The notes beneath the pieces were generated by a model. It ran no database searches. It saw nothing but the letters and a program-made list of their open reading frames with translations, and was not told the origin of the DNA. Positions 39,851 through 58,215 of a DNA stretch of 64,000 nucleotides are shown here, piece after piece (position 1 is the stretch's first letter; each line of letters starts with the position of its first letter). The position numbers and the translations under genes were made by a program. Source of the DNA: Eledone cirrhosa (lineage: Eukaryota); the NCBI GenBank assembly GCA_964016885.1, contig OZ024743.1, positions 42,160,001 to 42,224,000 on the forward strand, written 5' to 3'.

Positions 39851-41941
39851 GATGCATATCTTTACATTTTCAGGCACGAAAACATTTTGAGATTCCTACC
39901 CAATCATCTTAGTTTTTCAATATAAATAGTAAACGTTTGTCATTAACGAGTATATATATAGATAGTCAAGTTTTGTCGCTATCGAGAATTACTATATTTC
40001 TTTAAATTCTCTATAATGAACTCCCTCTACACACATACCTCTCCGACTTTAATAGTTTATCGCAAGTAAATACATTTTGAATAAAATAGTTCTACATTGA
40101 ATATATGCGATCTTACCAGTAATGCTTAGAGAATTAGTGTTAACTTAAGAATGTTAACATAATTAAGGTAATTGCTTTTGTTATATTAACTGTTAAACGT
40201 TTTGTTATATTAACTGTTAAAGGTTTACTGATATATCGTAAGTAATAACTTATTATTACGTTCTAATTACCATAGAAACTCATTTACGTTGTAATTAGGT
40301 TTGTATTATATAGTAGTTTTCGTCTAATATAATATAAGTAATCGTTGTGTACATTAACCACGATAATACCTGATACTTCTACTAACTCTATTACAAACTC
40401 GAACATTGCGCAATTATACAATCACTTTTGACTTTATCGTAACGTGTCATAGAATTTCGAATATTCCCTCTGATGTTACTTTATTTATACTCTCTATTCA
40501 TTAGCTACACTGGTGAATAATCCACTGACTGATTTCCGCTCCTTATATCGCATGTGCACAATGGTTCTGGCATTCGTAATCGTTTAAAATGAATAGTAAA
40601 TTTAGTATTTATGCTTTCGATTATATATGCATATTAATAATATTTTTTAGCAATGATTTTGGTCACAATTTTCAGATATCTCCGTAAATATTAATAGAGC
40701 TTGTAATATTCCAATTATTTTTCATTAATATAATATGGTTACCCTTTCTAAAAAATTTTGTTTTTTTTACAGAATATTTGTTTATGGTTGAATTTAAAAC
40801 CACAGTAATTTAGCGGAAACAAATACTATAGAATATTTATTTCAAGCAATGTCCTCATATTACCACCATTGACATTATTTAAAATACATTTTCGGGTAGA
40901 CATTGAATTCGGACTTAATGAACTCGATATGTGAATTTTTCTACATGTTAGAGACAGAAAAAGCCGCAGGTTACTACAAAAGTAATGGAAATAATCAATA
41001 TTAATACTATTTCTAATTACGAAAAATATAGTCGTCAAATATTTTCAAAATCTTTTTCTATATGCAAAGATCTGTCATTTTTATCTGTAGGGTTGATTGA
41101 TTAACAGGCACTATGCAGTAAAAGTATAATAGATTATTTATTTTGTGACTATGCACTATATTCGTAAATAAAGAGGGAAATCTCTGAAGGAAAATATAAA
41201 GTATTATTTAAGTATTTGTTTCATAGAATAATGGTGTAGATGTAGGTGATTGAAAAATCAGACGATTGTTAAAATGATTTCTTTATCAGCCACACACGCC
41301 TCACATTAAGGACATTTTAAAGACAATACAGGACGATAAAATGTGTTTTTTTTTTCTTTGGTTAGAATACAATTTATTTCACGATTGTGAAAATAAAACC
41401 AAAGAGTATAGTAAATTAAGAGGAAAAATATGTTATTAATGATTACAAGAAATCATCTCCTTGTTTCCATTCAGGGTCAATAAAACTTGCCACTAAATAA
41501 TTAATATCACCCTCAAATCATGGAGTAAATATCTATTGACCGTTGTGTTAAGTACGCTAATTTGGTACATTACAGTTTAACGTAATTATTAAATTTTGTG
41601 CTATTTGCACTTTTCTGCTAATTGTGTTAACTTTTTTTATTTCTCGTCGTACAATTGTTTGCAACATTTATCAGTATTTGAATCATTCAAAGGACTTTTT
41701 ACCATAATCATATTAATAGATACATTTGCAATATTTCAATAACGTTTGCATTGTCAAAAGACAAATTTCAGCAAATTTGGAGCTAGAAAACCTCTCATTT
41801 TATATATGTTATGATTAGAAAATATCATTTTGATCAGTAAAACAACATTACTCAATGTTTCCCCTCCCGTGGATTTACATGCCCTTCATTAGTAGTCAAC
41901 GTCACAACGAACTTTCAACATCCGCTTAATGCTTTCTAAAG

Positions 41942-42093
<152 letters not shown>

Positions 42094-43119
42094 TATATCA
42101 GATTCAAGTAGATACAAGAGACATTTTTAAATACTACATACATGGTAATTGTGAATATGTTTTTCCCTCATAAGCATGGTGTGTCTGGGTCATCGTGATA
42201 CAGCATCCAAAAATAGTCTGGTATTCCCAAAGCCTTCATTCAAATATCCCTGCTATCGTATTTCCATTTCACGAATATCTCTGTGTAAATCGTTTTCATT
42301 CATTGCTAATCGCTTTACACTCCAAGAACTTCTGGTATTTAATCTAGTTATGTTTGTAGGAATTATTTTTTTAAGGGCTCCTGACATCACATTTCTTTAT
42401 AGCCTGGAAAGAGGTCACTATTTGATATTCTATATGCAAGAAAATGATTATTCCGAAGGTTGATTTTTTTTTCTGTATAACCTGTTTAACGTATGTCAGG
42501 ATGTCAGGATTTTATTTATGATTTTGAACATCGCTGAATTATACTTTGCAAACATATTATTTTACGTATGTACTGAAATAGAATTAGATTTAAATTAGTA
42601 ATTGTCTCAACAAAATATTTCATGAACGCAAATGTGATATGCTATCTAAAGAAACATATTTAAGACATGTGAACACCTAACTTTCCCAATAATTGCATCA
42701 TTTAGTAATTTCTTACAATTTATTGTTATATATTTATTGTTATATATTTATTGTTACATATTTTCCAAAGAATTGGCTTTCTTCCACATGTTGACTGGTC
42801 TACTTGCTGCTTGTATATTTCGAAGCATAATCGCGTCATTGTGTTTTGCAAAAATATAATGTTAACACTGCCTGATGACAGCTATTTCGTCATTACTTGA
42901 GATATTAAAATGTAACCGTGAAATAGCTGAAACAATAAACATGAAGGTATAGATCATAAAGTATACAATATTTGTATTTTACTTATTCTGAGGAGTTATT
43001 CTAAAAGGAATGGAAGATTCTGGTTAATCTAACAAAGTATCGTAAATCACTTAAATGCTTTCATTAAAATACATAATAATATTTATTCTTTGTGCATATA
43101 TGCATATATATGCTCTGTG

Positions 43120-43169
<50 letters not shown>

Positions 43170-43276
43170 ATAATAATAAATTTGAAAACTAAAATCTAAA
43201 GAGAGCGCGATAAGGATAAATATATATCAAATATATAAGAACCGTAGACCAAATATTTATTAAAATAACAGATTAA

Positions 43277-43326
43277 AGTTTAAGCAAAAATCGCTGCTTT
43301 CACCCTTACCGGGATCTTCTGAAACT
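43277..43326 (-). ncRNA. Type I hammerhead-like motif, U4A variant
   Basis: agttt CAGAAGA t ccc ggtaa ggg t GAAA gca...tgc TT aaact. Confidence 0.65.
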
Positions 43327-44070
43327 AACAAAGTAAATCTGTGAACGCAGAAGTGGATATTTCAAAAAACGTTGCAACCGGAGGAAGACGGTACTTTGGT
43401 TCCTGGAAACGTTCCTTGGTAAAGAACGGGGAAAAACGAATAATATACGTCATTATTTGGAGCGGTGAAAAACAATTACCCGCAAAGACAAAAGCACGTT
43501 TATGGTATAAAAGAAGTCGTAGACTAATTTTCTATTAGGTGGTTCATAGAGACGTTCTCTGGCAATGAACGGAAAAAACGAAGATAATACGTCATATGTG
43601 GAGCGTGAAGAACAATTACACGCAATGACAAAACCACGTAAATGGTATAACTGAAGTCGTAGACTAAAATTCTAACTAAGAAACCGAATGATTCTCGACT
43701 TCACAGTTAACAATAAAGTAAATAAAATACAGAGGTAAATGAAATTAATTAAATACATACACGCACCCATAAACGTACATACACAAGCCTACGCGAAAAC
43801 ACTCGCCATAGATATACAAATACACGCACATACACAAAAAAAATAAAAATAAAAAATAAACCTCACGCACATACAGAACTCACACAACGCCTGTACCCGC
43901 ACGCATACGAATGTATACACCAAATACACATAAAAATATATATAAAATATATATATATATAGTAATAATAATAAAATTGAAGACTAAAATCCAAAGAGGG
44001 CTCGATAAGGAAAATATATATCAAATATATAAGAACCGTAGAGCAAATATTTATTAAAATAACAGATTAA

Positions 44071-44121
44071 AGTTTAAGCAAAGAATCGCTGCTTTCACCC
44101 TTAACGGGATCTTCTGAAACT
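44071..44121 (-). ncRNA. Type I hammerhead-like motif, U4A variant (second pLTR)
   Basis: agttt CAGAAGA t ccc gttaa ggg t GAAA gcagcgattctttgc TT aaact. Confidence 0.65.
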
Positions 44122-47049
44122 AACAAAGCCAATCTGTAAACGCAGAACTGGATATTTCAAAAAACGTTGCAACCGGAGGAAGACAGGAAGACGATACTTT
44201 GGTTCGTGGTAACGTTCGCTGGCAAAGAACGGGAAAAAACGAATAATACGTCATTAATAGGAGCGGTGAAAAACAATTACGCGCAAAGACAAAACCACGT
44301 TTATGGTATAAAAGAGGTCGTAGACTAATGTTCTCTTAGGTGGTGCATAGAGACGTTCTCTGGCAATGAACGAAAAAACGAAGATAATAAGTCATATGTG
44401 GAGCGTGGAGAACAATAGCACGTAAAGACAAAACCACGTAAATGGTATAGCAGAATCGTAGACTAAAATTCTAACTAGGAGACCAAATGAATCTCCGCTA
44501 CAGAGTTAAGAACAAAGTAAATAAATACAATACAGAAGTAATAGAAACAAATAAATACATATACGCAAACAGATACGTACATACACAAGCATACGCAAAA
44601 CCTTACCATGGGTATACAAACCACGCACATATAAATATGTGCGTGTGTGTATGCTTGTGTCCAAATAAATAAATAATTATATAAGCGTATATAAGTAAAT
44701 AAATACGTATATAACAAGCGCACACGCATACCTACATATAAATACACTTATGTTCGGAGACGTACGTCATTCAAAACACGATGTACACATATACACACAC
44801 CCTACATACGTACTAACCCGCCTACTCACACAAACGCAAAACTCACGTTTACACATAACCAAAAGCATATGTACCAGAAAAAATAATATATACGCCATAA
44901 CATATACAATCAAATATACGTACGAGAAAGTATACGTACTTTCACAAAACAGGTAATATATACTTACCTATACAAATAAGTAATGGTATAAACATAACAT
45001 ATACTTAGCTACCACATCAAGACGTAAAATATCCGCGTATAGTTCGTACTATCCGTTAGGGTATAATGTGGGGCTGTAATACAGGAAAGTTTTGTGCAAT
45101 TTATGTTTACAAGCCGAAATTGCCTCAGATTTTTGTTTAAGATGTGGTCTTGGGCGTAGAGTAAGTCCAAGGCCTCAGCGGCGCAACGGTAAAGTTGTCT
45201 CTTATTTCCGTTATACAATCTGGCCGTAACTAGGATCTCCGAGTGTAACTTATATTGGGTGTGGTTGATATAAGCTGAAAGTGACGTCATATTCCTTCTT
45301 AAAGGGTAACGAAAATAATGCGTATGCATGTAAAGACGCTGCTTGAATCTATTGGCGGTTAACCATATGTAGGCCCTACGGGACGTGGATGTTTCAACCT
45401 TGCATTTGTAGACAATGTTACTAGAGAGGCATTTCCCGGATAGGGGGCAGTCAACCCGATTCCTACAATTACAGTTAGTACTAACTACAGGGTTGCACGT
45501 GTTCCTACGGCTATGTAGTATAGCTAAATTTGAAGCTGTGATGTTATGTGCAAGGTTAAGATTCGTAGAGTAAGAAATTTTAATAGTATTTCTATTAAAA
45601 ATGTTACTATATATTTGTGTAGGGGGAAAATGCTTCATAATAAGGGAGAGAAAGACCTTAGCTAATGGTGTGGCCACCTCCATATTATATGGTGGGTTAT
45701 ACCATATAATGCGTCGGGATCTATTCCTTCTAGGTCTATTCTCGTACTCTGTATATGCTACCTTATCGACAAATCCACTCCGAGCAAGAGCTTCATTGTA
45801 ATATGTGGAATAGTCATTGAAAATATGCTCGTTAGTAGATAGACGGGAAAGCCTCAAAGAAACTTTTCTTACCAGGTTCTTGGTTATGCTGGCAGGATGG
45901 TTATAATGCTTACTTATGTAATTAAGCGTATCATTCGGCTTCCTATACGGGTAATGCAAGCCATTCGATAAATTAAGGGTAACGTCGAGGTAATTAACGA
46001 CCGAGAGATTGGCATCAACCTGTATGGAGTGGTTGGAGCCTTTAAAGAAGGCTGTGAGTTCTTTTCTGAACCTGTCGCATGCAGGTGGGCCCAACTTAGT
46101 CATGATCAAAAGACCATCATCACGGTACAAACCACCGCCCACGTTGGGGAATTCTTCCTAGATAGAGAAAAGAAGGAAAAGGCCGATATGATCAGTAACC
46201 TCCGCAGAATCGCTGGTGACCATACTCACGTCGAATGGGGTACTATTAGATTGTTTAATCCAAATAGAGTCGTCGATATTAATCACCGACTTACAGGCAT
46301 TGAGGTTGACATCAACTCCGAAATCCTTAACCACTGTGAGTGTTTTACCGAAATTGATAGCTCTAAGGAGAAGTGGTAAAGTGATGGATGAGTAGTAATT
46401 ATTGATGTCGAATTGGATAAAACGGCAATGTTCCTTGTTGCATATTCCGTTGAACCAATCAATCACCGCGAAAGAATTGTTCCACAGTGCAAGAGGGGCC
46501 AAACTTCTAATTTCATGTATAATTCTATCAAGAATCCTTTTACTAAGTCTACCTAAATCGGACTTCTAGAGTTAATAAGCCAAATAGAGGGGTTGTTCGG
46601 AAAATTGAATCTGTGATCCTTCAGGGTAAAGTGGGGAGAAATAGGGTCCAGAGGTTCAGTCCGGTCAAGGATTTTGAGATCAGAGGTATATTTTAAACCC
46701 AGCATCGTTGATATCATTTATGACGCTCCGATTAGTTTTACGGTAATACTTAGTTACAGCATTATGTAGCAGTTGATGGTAAGTACTGTGCTCCACTTGA
46801 TATAGTTTGCCATTCAAGATTTCTTCAGTGGGATTTTTTAAATTCATTTTCGACCTGTCTGTCATCGGACTTACTTGCCAAAAACTGCTTTTTCTGGAAA
46901 TGGTGGCGGGGAGGGGTATCGTTGGACTTAAAAATGAGTAACTCTCGGCCGTATAAATTTAAAGAAAATCATTCACTGGGGATCGCCAAAATTTGTTTAT
47001 GCTCGTTTTATTTTCATGTTTTCAATTTATCTGAACTCTAATATAGCCG

Positions 47050-49620
<2,571 letters not shown>

Positions 49621-49631
49621 AATATATATCA

Positions 49632-49718
<87 letters not shown>

Positions 49719-51007
49719 CTGTCGAAAGTATGTCATTTACTAACACAGATATTAAACTATGTATTAGCAATATTTCTAAATTATCTTCCCATAATAATTT
49801 TTAGCGAAACAGAACCATTTTGCGGAGTTTTATTACTTTCATACATTCACTCGAGCTTCGATTTCTATTATAATAATATGTCACAGTAACAGACGTGTGA
49901 AAACTGATAATTGTTCTCGTAATAACAGCAAAACCAAAAGAGAAATGTAAGTACTGGAATTGTAATTCAGCGTGTAAGTTTTATAGAATACAAAGGCAAT
50001 GACTTGTGGCAAAAATAGCAAATGAAAAGGCATTCTAAATATATCCTGCAAACTAAATTTTGAAAGGGAAGTAAATAATTTCACTTTAAATGAAGGGTGT
50101 GTATTATGAGGTTGATGAAGAAGCTGGTAGTGATGCTGGTGATAAAGCTACGAGTAAATAATATATTAAAAATATAGAAATTAGATAGAGATGAAGATAA
50201 ACGTTAGAATATATAAAAAAACTTCACGAGAGCACTTCTTTAAGGGAAAACCTATTGGGAAATAGTTTTCAGAAATATATACATGCCTATAAAATTCCCA
50301 GGTTAGCTAGAAAGGTATTTGGAAGTCACGACATCATGCAACATTTGAATGAAATCTTCTCGGGGGGCTTTCTAAAAACAAATTATTTTTATATATTCAT
50401 TGATATCATTTTCAGTTGGAAATAAGGCTGAGGGAAACACACGAACATGTTATAGAATAAAATAACACAAGATAGTTTAAATAAATATAGAAAGTGATAT
50501 TTTAGGGAACGTAACAAATCAGAAACAATTCCATTCCACATGTTTCAGCACCCGGAGATTGTAAGGAGGAAGTAGCTGAAGGGTGCGTGTATTCAAAATC
50601 ATAATAAGGAAGTTGGTGATGATGAAGATGATGCTGTTGATGTTGGTAATAATAACGGTACGGAGAATGCTGATGATAGCAAAGAGGATTAGGATAATGA
50701 TGGCGATTATGATCATGATGGCGATAGTGATGCTCTAGATGATGATGATAGTGTGGATGACATTAATGATAATAATTAATTAGTCAGTTAATTAGGACTG
50801 GTTTACATGGTGAGATAAGCCATGTCCACACTACTTTGCTAAACACCTGGGTATATTATAAGGAAATATAAAACAGAATGTCGAAAATCATTCTGTGTCA
50901 ATTATTTAGATTTTCAATTGGTTGCATCGATTCCAGGTCAGTATTCCTGTCTAACACCACCCACACCGGATTTCTGCAAGAGACCGAATAGTAGAGAGAG
51001 AGGGAAT

Positions 51008-51325
51008 ATTCTTCTTCTTCTTCTTCTTCTTCTTCTTCTTCTTCTTCTTCTTCTTCTTCTTCTTCTTCTTCTTCTTCTTCTTCTTCTTCTTCTGTTATCC
51101 AGTCATTTTGCTCGGGATCTACCCACGGGTTCCCTGCCCTTTGGTGTCGTCCGTAAAATCTGCCCAACGATTCTTTCCCGAGATATTTTAACTGCATGAC
51201 CGTAACATAGGATTTGTGGCGTCTCAGTTCGGTGAAGGAGAATCTCTACCTTGAACGACTCTCTGATCTCTGAGTTACGCACAAAATAAACTAACGTTTC
51301 TCTTGATCGTATGCTTACATTCATT
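51008..51325 (-). mobile_element. Decayed LINE 3' end with (GAA)n tail
   Basis: YGHAVKI...PKGREPVGRSR resembles the RTE-type GH.RM...GRPR C-terminus. The (TCT)n tract is at 51008-51092. Confidence 0.55.
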
Positions 51326-51889
51326 ATAGAGGGAGATTCGACTCCAGTATTTTACTGGTATTTACTTGTCGACCTAAAAATTATGAAAGGCAAATTGTTT
51401 AGTTGGGTGGGATTTAATGTCAGAAAGTAGAAAGCTGAACCTAGTACAATCAATTCGCCGTATATAATGAATAATTCACCTGATCATTTAAGTCCGATAA
51501 GCTGTCTTAAGTGATTGGCGATATGTTGGCTATGCGGACAAAATGTATGAACATTTTGAGCCGTTTATATTATAGGCAATTTAGTACACAAAGAAATATA
51601 TTTTTAATACACCGAAAGGCTCAAGTCAACGACTGTGTTTCAGCAATACTCCTCAAAGTTTTAATACAATCATCCTAATCTACCTCAAGTCACTTGCATT
51701 TTATTAATCGTTATTTCCGCTCAAACCTGACCACGAAACCTCGCCTTAATATTTCGTTCATTTATTATTTTTCATTGCATTGCGTTTTGCTCATGATTAA
51801 CATATTTTAGAGTTAACAGTTTAAGCAGATGTTGTGGCTAAACATTTTGAGGGAATTGCTTTTAATTCTTTGAGTAAATTGGATAACGA

Positions 51890-52510
51890 TAGCCTACGAA
51901 TCGATGTTTCCCTGATTCTCGGCCGTCGAACACAAATGTCGCTGCGAATCCACCGTAGACATTTTCGGCCTCCAACCATTGTCCTCTAGCCACAGTATCT
52001 GCTATGTTCCACGCCATGTTACTCTAAACGAAATCATGAAGCATAACTTGGTTGTTGCAGGCTTCTTCCATCTCGAGCCTGCGGGGCTGGACTGAGTGGA
52101 CGGCAGAATGTCAGACAACATGACCATCTTCCCGTTCCGCGGTTGCAAAGCCCTTATCTGCGATGCCACTTGCAGCGACACTTTCTCCAGGTATAAACCG
52201 GTACTCTCTGCGACTAATCCAGGCTGTGCTGCACTTTGGACCGAGGATTGAAAACTCTCCAAAGATCGTTCGCTCTCGGACAAGTTTGCAGTAGAGCCCG
52301 TAGCAGTGGAGACTTCAGGTGTGCTTGGCCCTAGGACCGTCTCCCTACTCACCACCATCAGCACAGAATTGGCTACCCACAGGTGTGAGCCTCGCAAGCC
52401 GGTATGGCTCTTTCAACGCGTCTCCATCCCCATCCTCTGGTAAAATGCCTTCACTATTCTGTCCACCGGGCCCACGGGGTGGCCAACTCGTGGGCGCCCA
52501 TTTGTTTATA
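51890..52510 (+). mobile_element. CRE-clade non-LTR element 3' fragment (zinc knuckle + RLE)
   Basis: CRCESTVD...PRHVTLNEI...EPAGLD.VDGRMSDNMTIFPF..KALICDATCSDT...AVETSGVLGP...RVS. Confidence 0.75.
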
Positions 52511-54463
52511 ATAGTGAGAGAAGGGGAGAGTGAAAGAGACGGGGGGCAGTGCCAATGGGAATGTATTTCCATTATGTTCAGACCTAATATTTATGTATAT
52601 ATGTGCAGGTTAATAGGTAATTAAATGCAGGATATAAATGAATAGGGAAAAACGTTGAGTAGCTTAGGCAGACAACTACGTATTAAAAACTATCGATAAT
52701 TAGTAAATTGGTTGCTATGTGTTTTTATTCTTTTTTCATAGCTATATGTTATTTCTTACAAATGCTACCGTCTGAAAAGATGGGAAAGGCAGATTGCATA
52801 ATATAGTCATATATAAATTACTCACCAATGGAAAGTCTTTGATCCCATGCATGTTTAGTCATGACCCCCTCTGTATTAAACAACATCTATTATACCTACA
52901 AGAGCAATGGCAACTCTTAACAACGAAGTGCATTGAATCACATTAGAAACTTATTACAATATAGATGTGGCAGCAGCATGTTTAAAAATCTATATGCCTA
53001 CTAATATATCTCGTTACAACAAAAATCCATTTCGTATAGGTTAGTTTCTTTGTAATTATACCAAGAAAGAGTTAACGTAATCCGTGTACAGATCTCTCGC
53101 TAATAAATATTTTAATTAAGAAAATATTGATGAATATATTCGATAGAAGAATATGGGATTGTAATAGTGAGTTTAATTTAGTGTACTTAATATGTCTATG
53201 TTCTTCGGTGAAAGTCAGACACTCCAGTGATGGTAGAATTGTTAAGCGTATGAAGAATTTTAATTTTAAATATAAACAGATATGGACACATATACAGTGT
53301 TTATAAATATTATCATATATATATTATTACTTTGACTATTCTAATGCGTGGTAATATAGATATACGTTGATAACGGGCTATAAGCAATGTATTCATCCAG
53401 TTCGAATTAATATTTGCCATCAAAACTCGCATATCAGAGCGTAACATTCTTACAGCTAAAGTAAATGCATATTTATGAAACATAGTGTATATTTATTTTG
53501 AATCATGCTGTATTAATCTGATCATTAATAAATAGACTTGAATACCAGTTCCTAAAAGAATGTTCATCTCCATTTACTATGCTATGATTAAAAAGAGAAT
53601 TGTACATAGCTGTTCCTACATTGCGTAAGCATTTGTCAAAATTATTCAATATTAAAAAGGTGGACGAATTGGCACAGTCGTTACAACGTCAGATAAAATA
53701 CATTGCTGTATTTGTTCTGGCTCGAGGTCAACTTTGCCGTTCATCGTTTCGAGATCAATAAAAACGTACCATTCCAATACTGGGATCTCTCATATGTTCT
53801 ATCCTTATCTGGAAGAAATTTGCTGCGTTCAGACCAATAAGATGGATGGTTGCCTCTAGGCTTAACATGGCGAAGAGACACTGGATTCCACTACGGTGGC
53901 CCTCCGAAATACGGGACCAAACATAATATTATGTGCTTTATTCTAGGGTGGTGAATTTTCACAGCTTTTAGAACGTCGGTTCAAATAAGTTGCAGAATTA
54001 TTCTCAGAGCTCTGCATTCTTAGATCAAATCACGCCCATCCCAGCTTTGCATTTTATCTTTTCGAGGCCAATAAGTAAATTACTGGTGCAGTACTGGGCA
54101 TGAAACTTCCTGCATCTCACCGTCTCTCTTTATCTCACTTTTGTTCCTTCTCTGTATGAAATAAACACTGATCAGACCTACAGAGCCGAAAGATTTACTA
54201 GCTTTAAAATGTAACAGCAAGTGGCATTTCATGCGAGTCCCCATTTGATGTCATCAAGAATACATGGCTGGTTGAATCAATGGATGTTTATCCTGTTGTG
54301 AGTCTGTACATGGTGGTAGAATGATGCTGTTGCAAGGTGAAAAGCATTTAACCCAGTGCTTTACGTTTATTCACATACAAACAACGGAAGTAGTTATTTG
54401 GTTCATTAACTAAATCAGAGTTCATTGCGGCTAGACAAGGAGAAAAGTAACTAAAGAAAATCA

Positions 54464-54572
54464 CTCCCGCCGAGGTTAACTCTGCCTTTCATCCTTACGG
54501 GGTCGATAAAATAAAGTACCAGTAATGCTCTGGAAAATTGCTGGCCTTGTGCCAAAAGTAGAAACAATTATG
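54464..54572 (+). mobile_element. tRNA-SINE, 5'-truncated
   Basis: cccgccgaggttaactctgcctttcatccttacggggtcgataaaataaagtaccag...ccaaaagtagaaacaatta. Confidence 0.8.
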
Positions 54573-56340
54573 TTGGATCGAATCGTAATTGACCAACTAA
54601 CCTGTTAGTTAGAATGGGATTAGGTCTCATAGAGAATCCCTATGATGTAGACGTTCTACTGCTTTTACATCTAACTTATATATTTTTTTATTAGATATCA
54701 TATTGAATTTTTAGGAAAATTGTGTGGTCATCATGTTAGTAGGCTATATTGCATGCAATCAAAGGCACGAATGCTATATAACATGTAGATGGCAGAGAAG
54801 TGTAAGAAAAGTAGATAGTAATAGAATGTATTATATAATGCTAATGTAATATCTAAGGAACCACGTTAGTAGTAAAAAAGGTACTGTTTCCGTGTGGAAA
54901 AAAATAAAAAATAAAATATCGAACATTACATCTTCGTTATATTTGCAATGCTAAATATAGAGGTCACTTTCTTTCATCTTAAAGAAAAAATATTATTTAT
55001 TGATCGTAATGACAAAATATATATAAACACAGACATTTATAAAGGAAATAATAACTCACTCAATAATTGTCTGAAAATCGTTATTACTATTTCTTAATTG
55101 AAAATTGTTTTCGTTAGTTATTTTTATGCATCGATATAATATGAATTATAGCAGTGATGGCTCCTCAACGTTATGTGTATGTGGTTACGATGCATTTTAT
55201 ATAAGCCAAAGTTGGATGTATTTAGCAATAGATTATAAGATATGTATACGAGATGGTTCTGATATCAATATTGCCGTTAGGAATGGAGGTTTAGTCAAAG
55301 TCGGTTGCGAGTTTAGCTAGCGGAACATACAAAATAAACAATAAATTTAGGTTAGACCAGTAGTATCTTTTTTAAAATGTTAATGTTGCCGCCAGTAACG
55401 TTTCTGAATATTAAGCGAGCCTGTCGAAAATGTAGATGACGGAAGTATTGGTCTTGGAAGTATTTTTGGCGGCTGTAATTTTATCGCTGACAATGGTATA
55501 ATAATTTATTATCAGAAATAGGATTGTACCGGAAGTAAATTGTTGGAAATAATACAACCGAAAGCAAATATTTCTGAAGAAATGCAGATGGACTTTATGA
55601 CAGCCAAACTGAATGATGCCGTCTGAATATGTAGATCAAGTAAAAATGGTTTTATATAATGGTATATTGCCCTTCTAGATTATGGAAAATCGTTAGTTAA
55701 GTTTGAAAGATAAAATTGTATTTCGTTTCTTTGCACAAATGTTGAAGCACACAATGTCAGAGACGTTTGGATTTCTTCTATTCCTTCCTGGTGTCAAATC
55801 TAGTCACTAAATGCATGAAAGAGCTCCTACGTTATAATACGATTTCACCCGGGATAATGATGTTTCTGAATAATAATTCTACTGATATGAGATAAGACAA
55901 GCAATTAAAATACTTCCTATTGATCATATCATCATTAGCGTGTGTCTAAATTTGGATATATAAATCCTCAAAATGCTAAGAGTATATCAATTATTTCTTG
56001 GAATTGATAAAGCAACAACATTGAGATTATCCGTTACTGTATACACAACAGTATCTAGTCTGACACTGCAGGATTACATTCCACGTAAATCATAAATTAA
56101 GCAGTCTATAGCTTATAAATTCTAAGAATTATAGCTATCAGATATCTGAGCAACACACGTAATCTGACGAAATGATATGGGAGTGTAGGAAATGATGGCT
56201 AGTCATCCAGTAAAGAGAAAAATGTAATTCTACAGAGTAGTAAACAATCCGACGACAAAGACATCTAATTAAAAGGATGTAGCAAAACATATGCATATAT
56301 ATATGTTATGCATGTATATATATATATATAGAGAGAGAGA

Positions 56341-57227
<887 letters not shown>

Positions 57228-57397
57228 AAATATTATTTCGCTTCAAGCATAGCTTTATACAATATGTATAAATATTTCGTATTCCTAAAGAAATACGATT
57301 TTAGGAAGCCGTAGCTATGCAAACACCGGGTGGGCTAACGCCCTCTGATATATATATATATATATATGTATAAATATATTTATATATATATATACAT

Positions 57398-58172
57398 ATA
57401 TGAATGTACATATAGTGTATTTTGCAATACACTGTATGCTTAATTAGAAGCATTTCGAAGACCTTACACTATTGTTTTAGAGTAGTGAAAGTCTCACTTA
57501 CTTTAAATTTTCAGCAAACAAGGGGAGATAAAGCTGACAGATCTCTATTTCATACTTTTTGGTACTTATCAAAGCTAAGTACTCCACCTGTTTGGTGATA
57601 ATCATGAATGTTTGATTCTTATAGAATTCTAGTAATAATCAGGAACTGATTATACAGAACGGTTGCCGGTCAAGTAGAAATTGAAAATTAGAATTCGTTC
57701 TCTGAAACAGCGATATATATATGAATGTATATATAGTGTATTTTGCAATACACTGTATGCTTAATTAAAAGCATTTCGAAGACCTTACGCTATTGTTTTA
57801 GAGTAGTGACAGTCTCACTTACTTTAAATGTTCAGCAAACAAGGGGAGATAAAGCTGTCAGAGCACCAATTCTAATTTTCAAATTTCTGCTTGACCGGCA
57901 ATTGCTCTGTATAATCAGTTCCTGTTTATATCAAACATTCATGATTTTCAGCGAGCAGGTGGAGTACTTAGCTTTGATATGTACCAACAAGTACGAAACA
58001 GAGCTCTGTCAGCTTCATCTCCCGTTGTTTGATGAAAATTTAAAGTAAGTGAGACTGTCACTACTCTAAAACAATAGCGTAAGATCTTCGAAACGCGTCT
58101 AATTAAGCATACAGTGTATTGCAAAATACACTATAAATACATTCATATATATCGCTATTTCAGAGCACCAAT

Positions 58173-58174
<2 letters not shown>
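57398..58174. repeat. 321-bp-period tandem + inverted array, diverged member of the U3-A8 HHR repeat family
   Basis: atgaatgta(c/t)atatagtg at 57400 and 57721, with a strand switch at ~57860. HHRs at 57532-57576 (-) and 57970-58014 (+). Confidence 0.88.

Positions 58175-58213
<39 letters not shown>

Positions 58214-58215
<2 letters not shown>

Larger units (their letters stand above)
43165..47010 (-). mobile_element. Penelope-like element with two tandem ~794-bp 3' pLTRs
   Basis: ORF pieces 46680-46865, 46158-46502 and 45009-46142 (GGGLYRDDGL, YRKPN, CNCRNRVDCPLSGKC, IVYKC...YIWLT...FKQRLYMH). The repeats at 43165-43900 and 43960-44700 each end in (TA)n. Confidence 0.9.

Noticed and set aside
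55400-56300. Faint LINE RT-like remnants
   Set aside because: Motif matches are too weak to assign.
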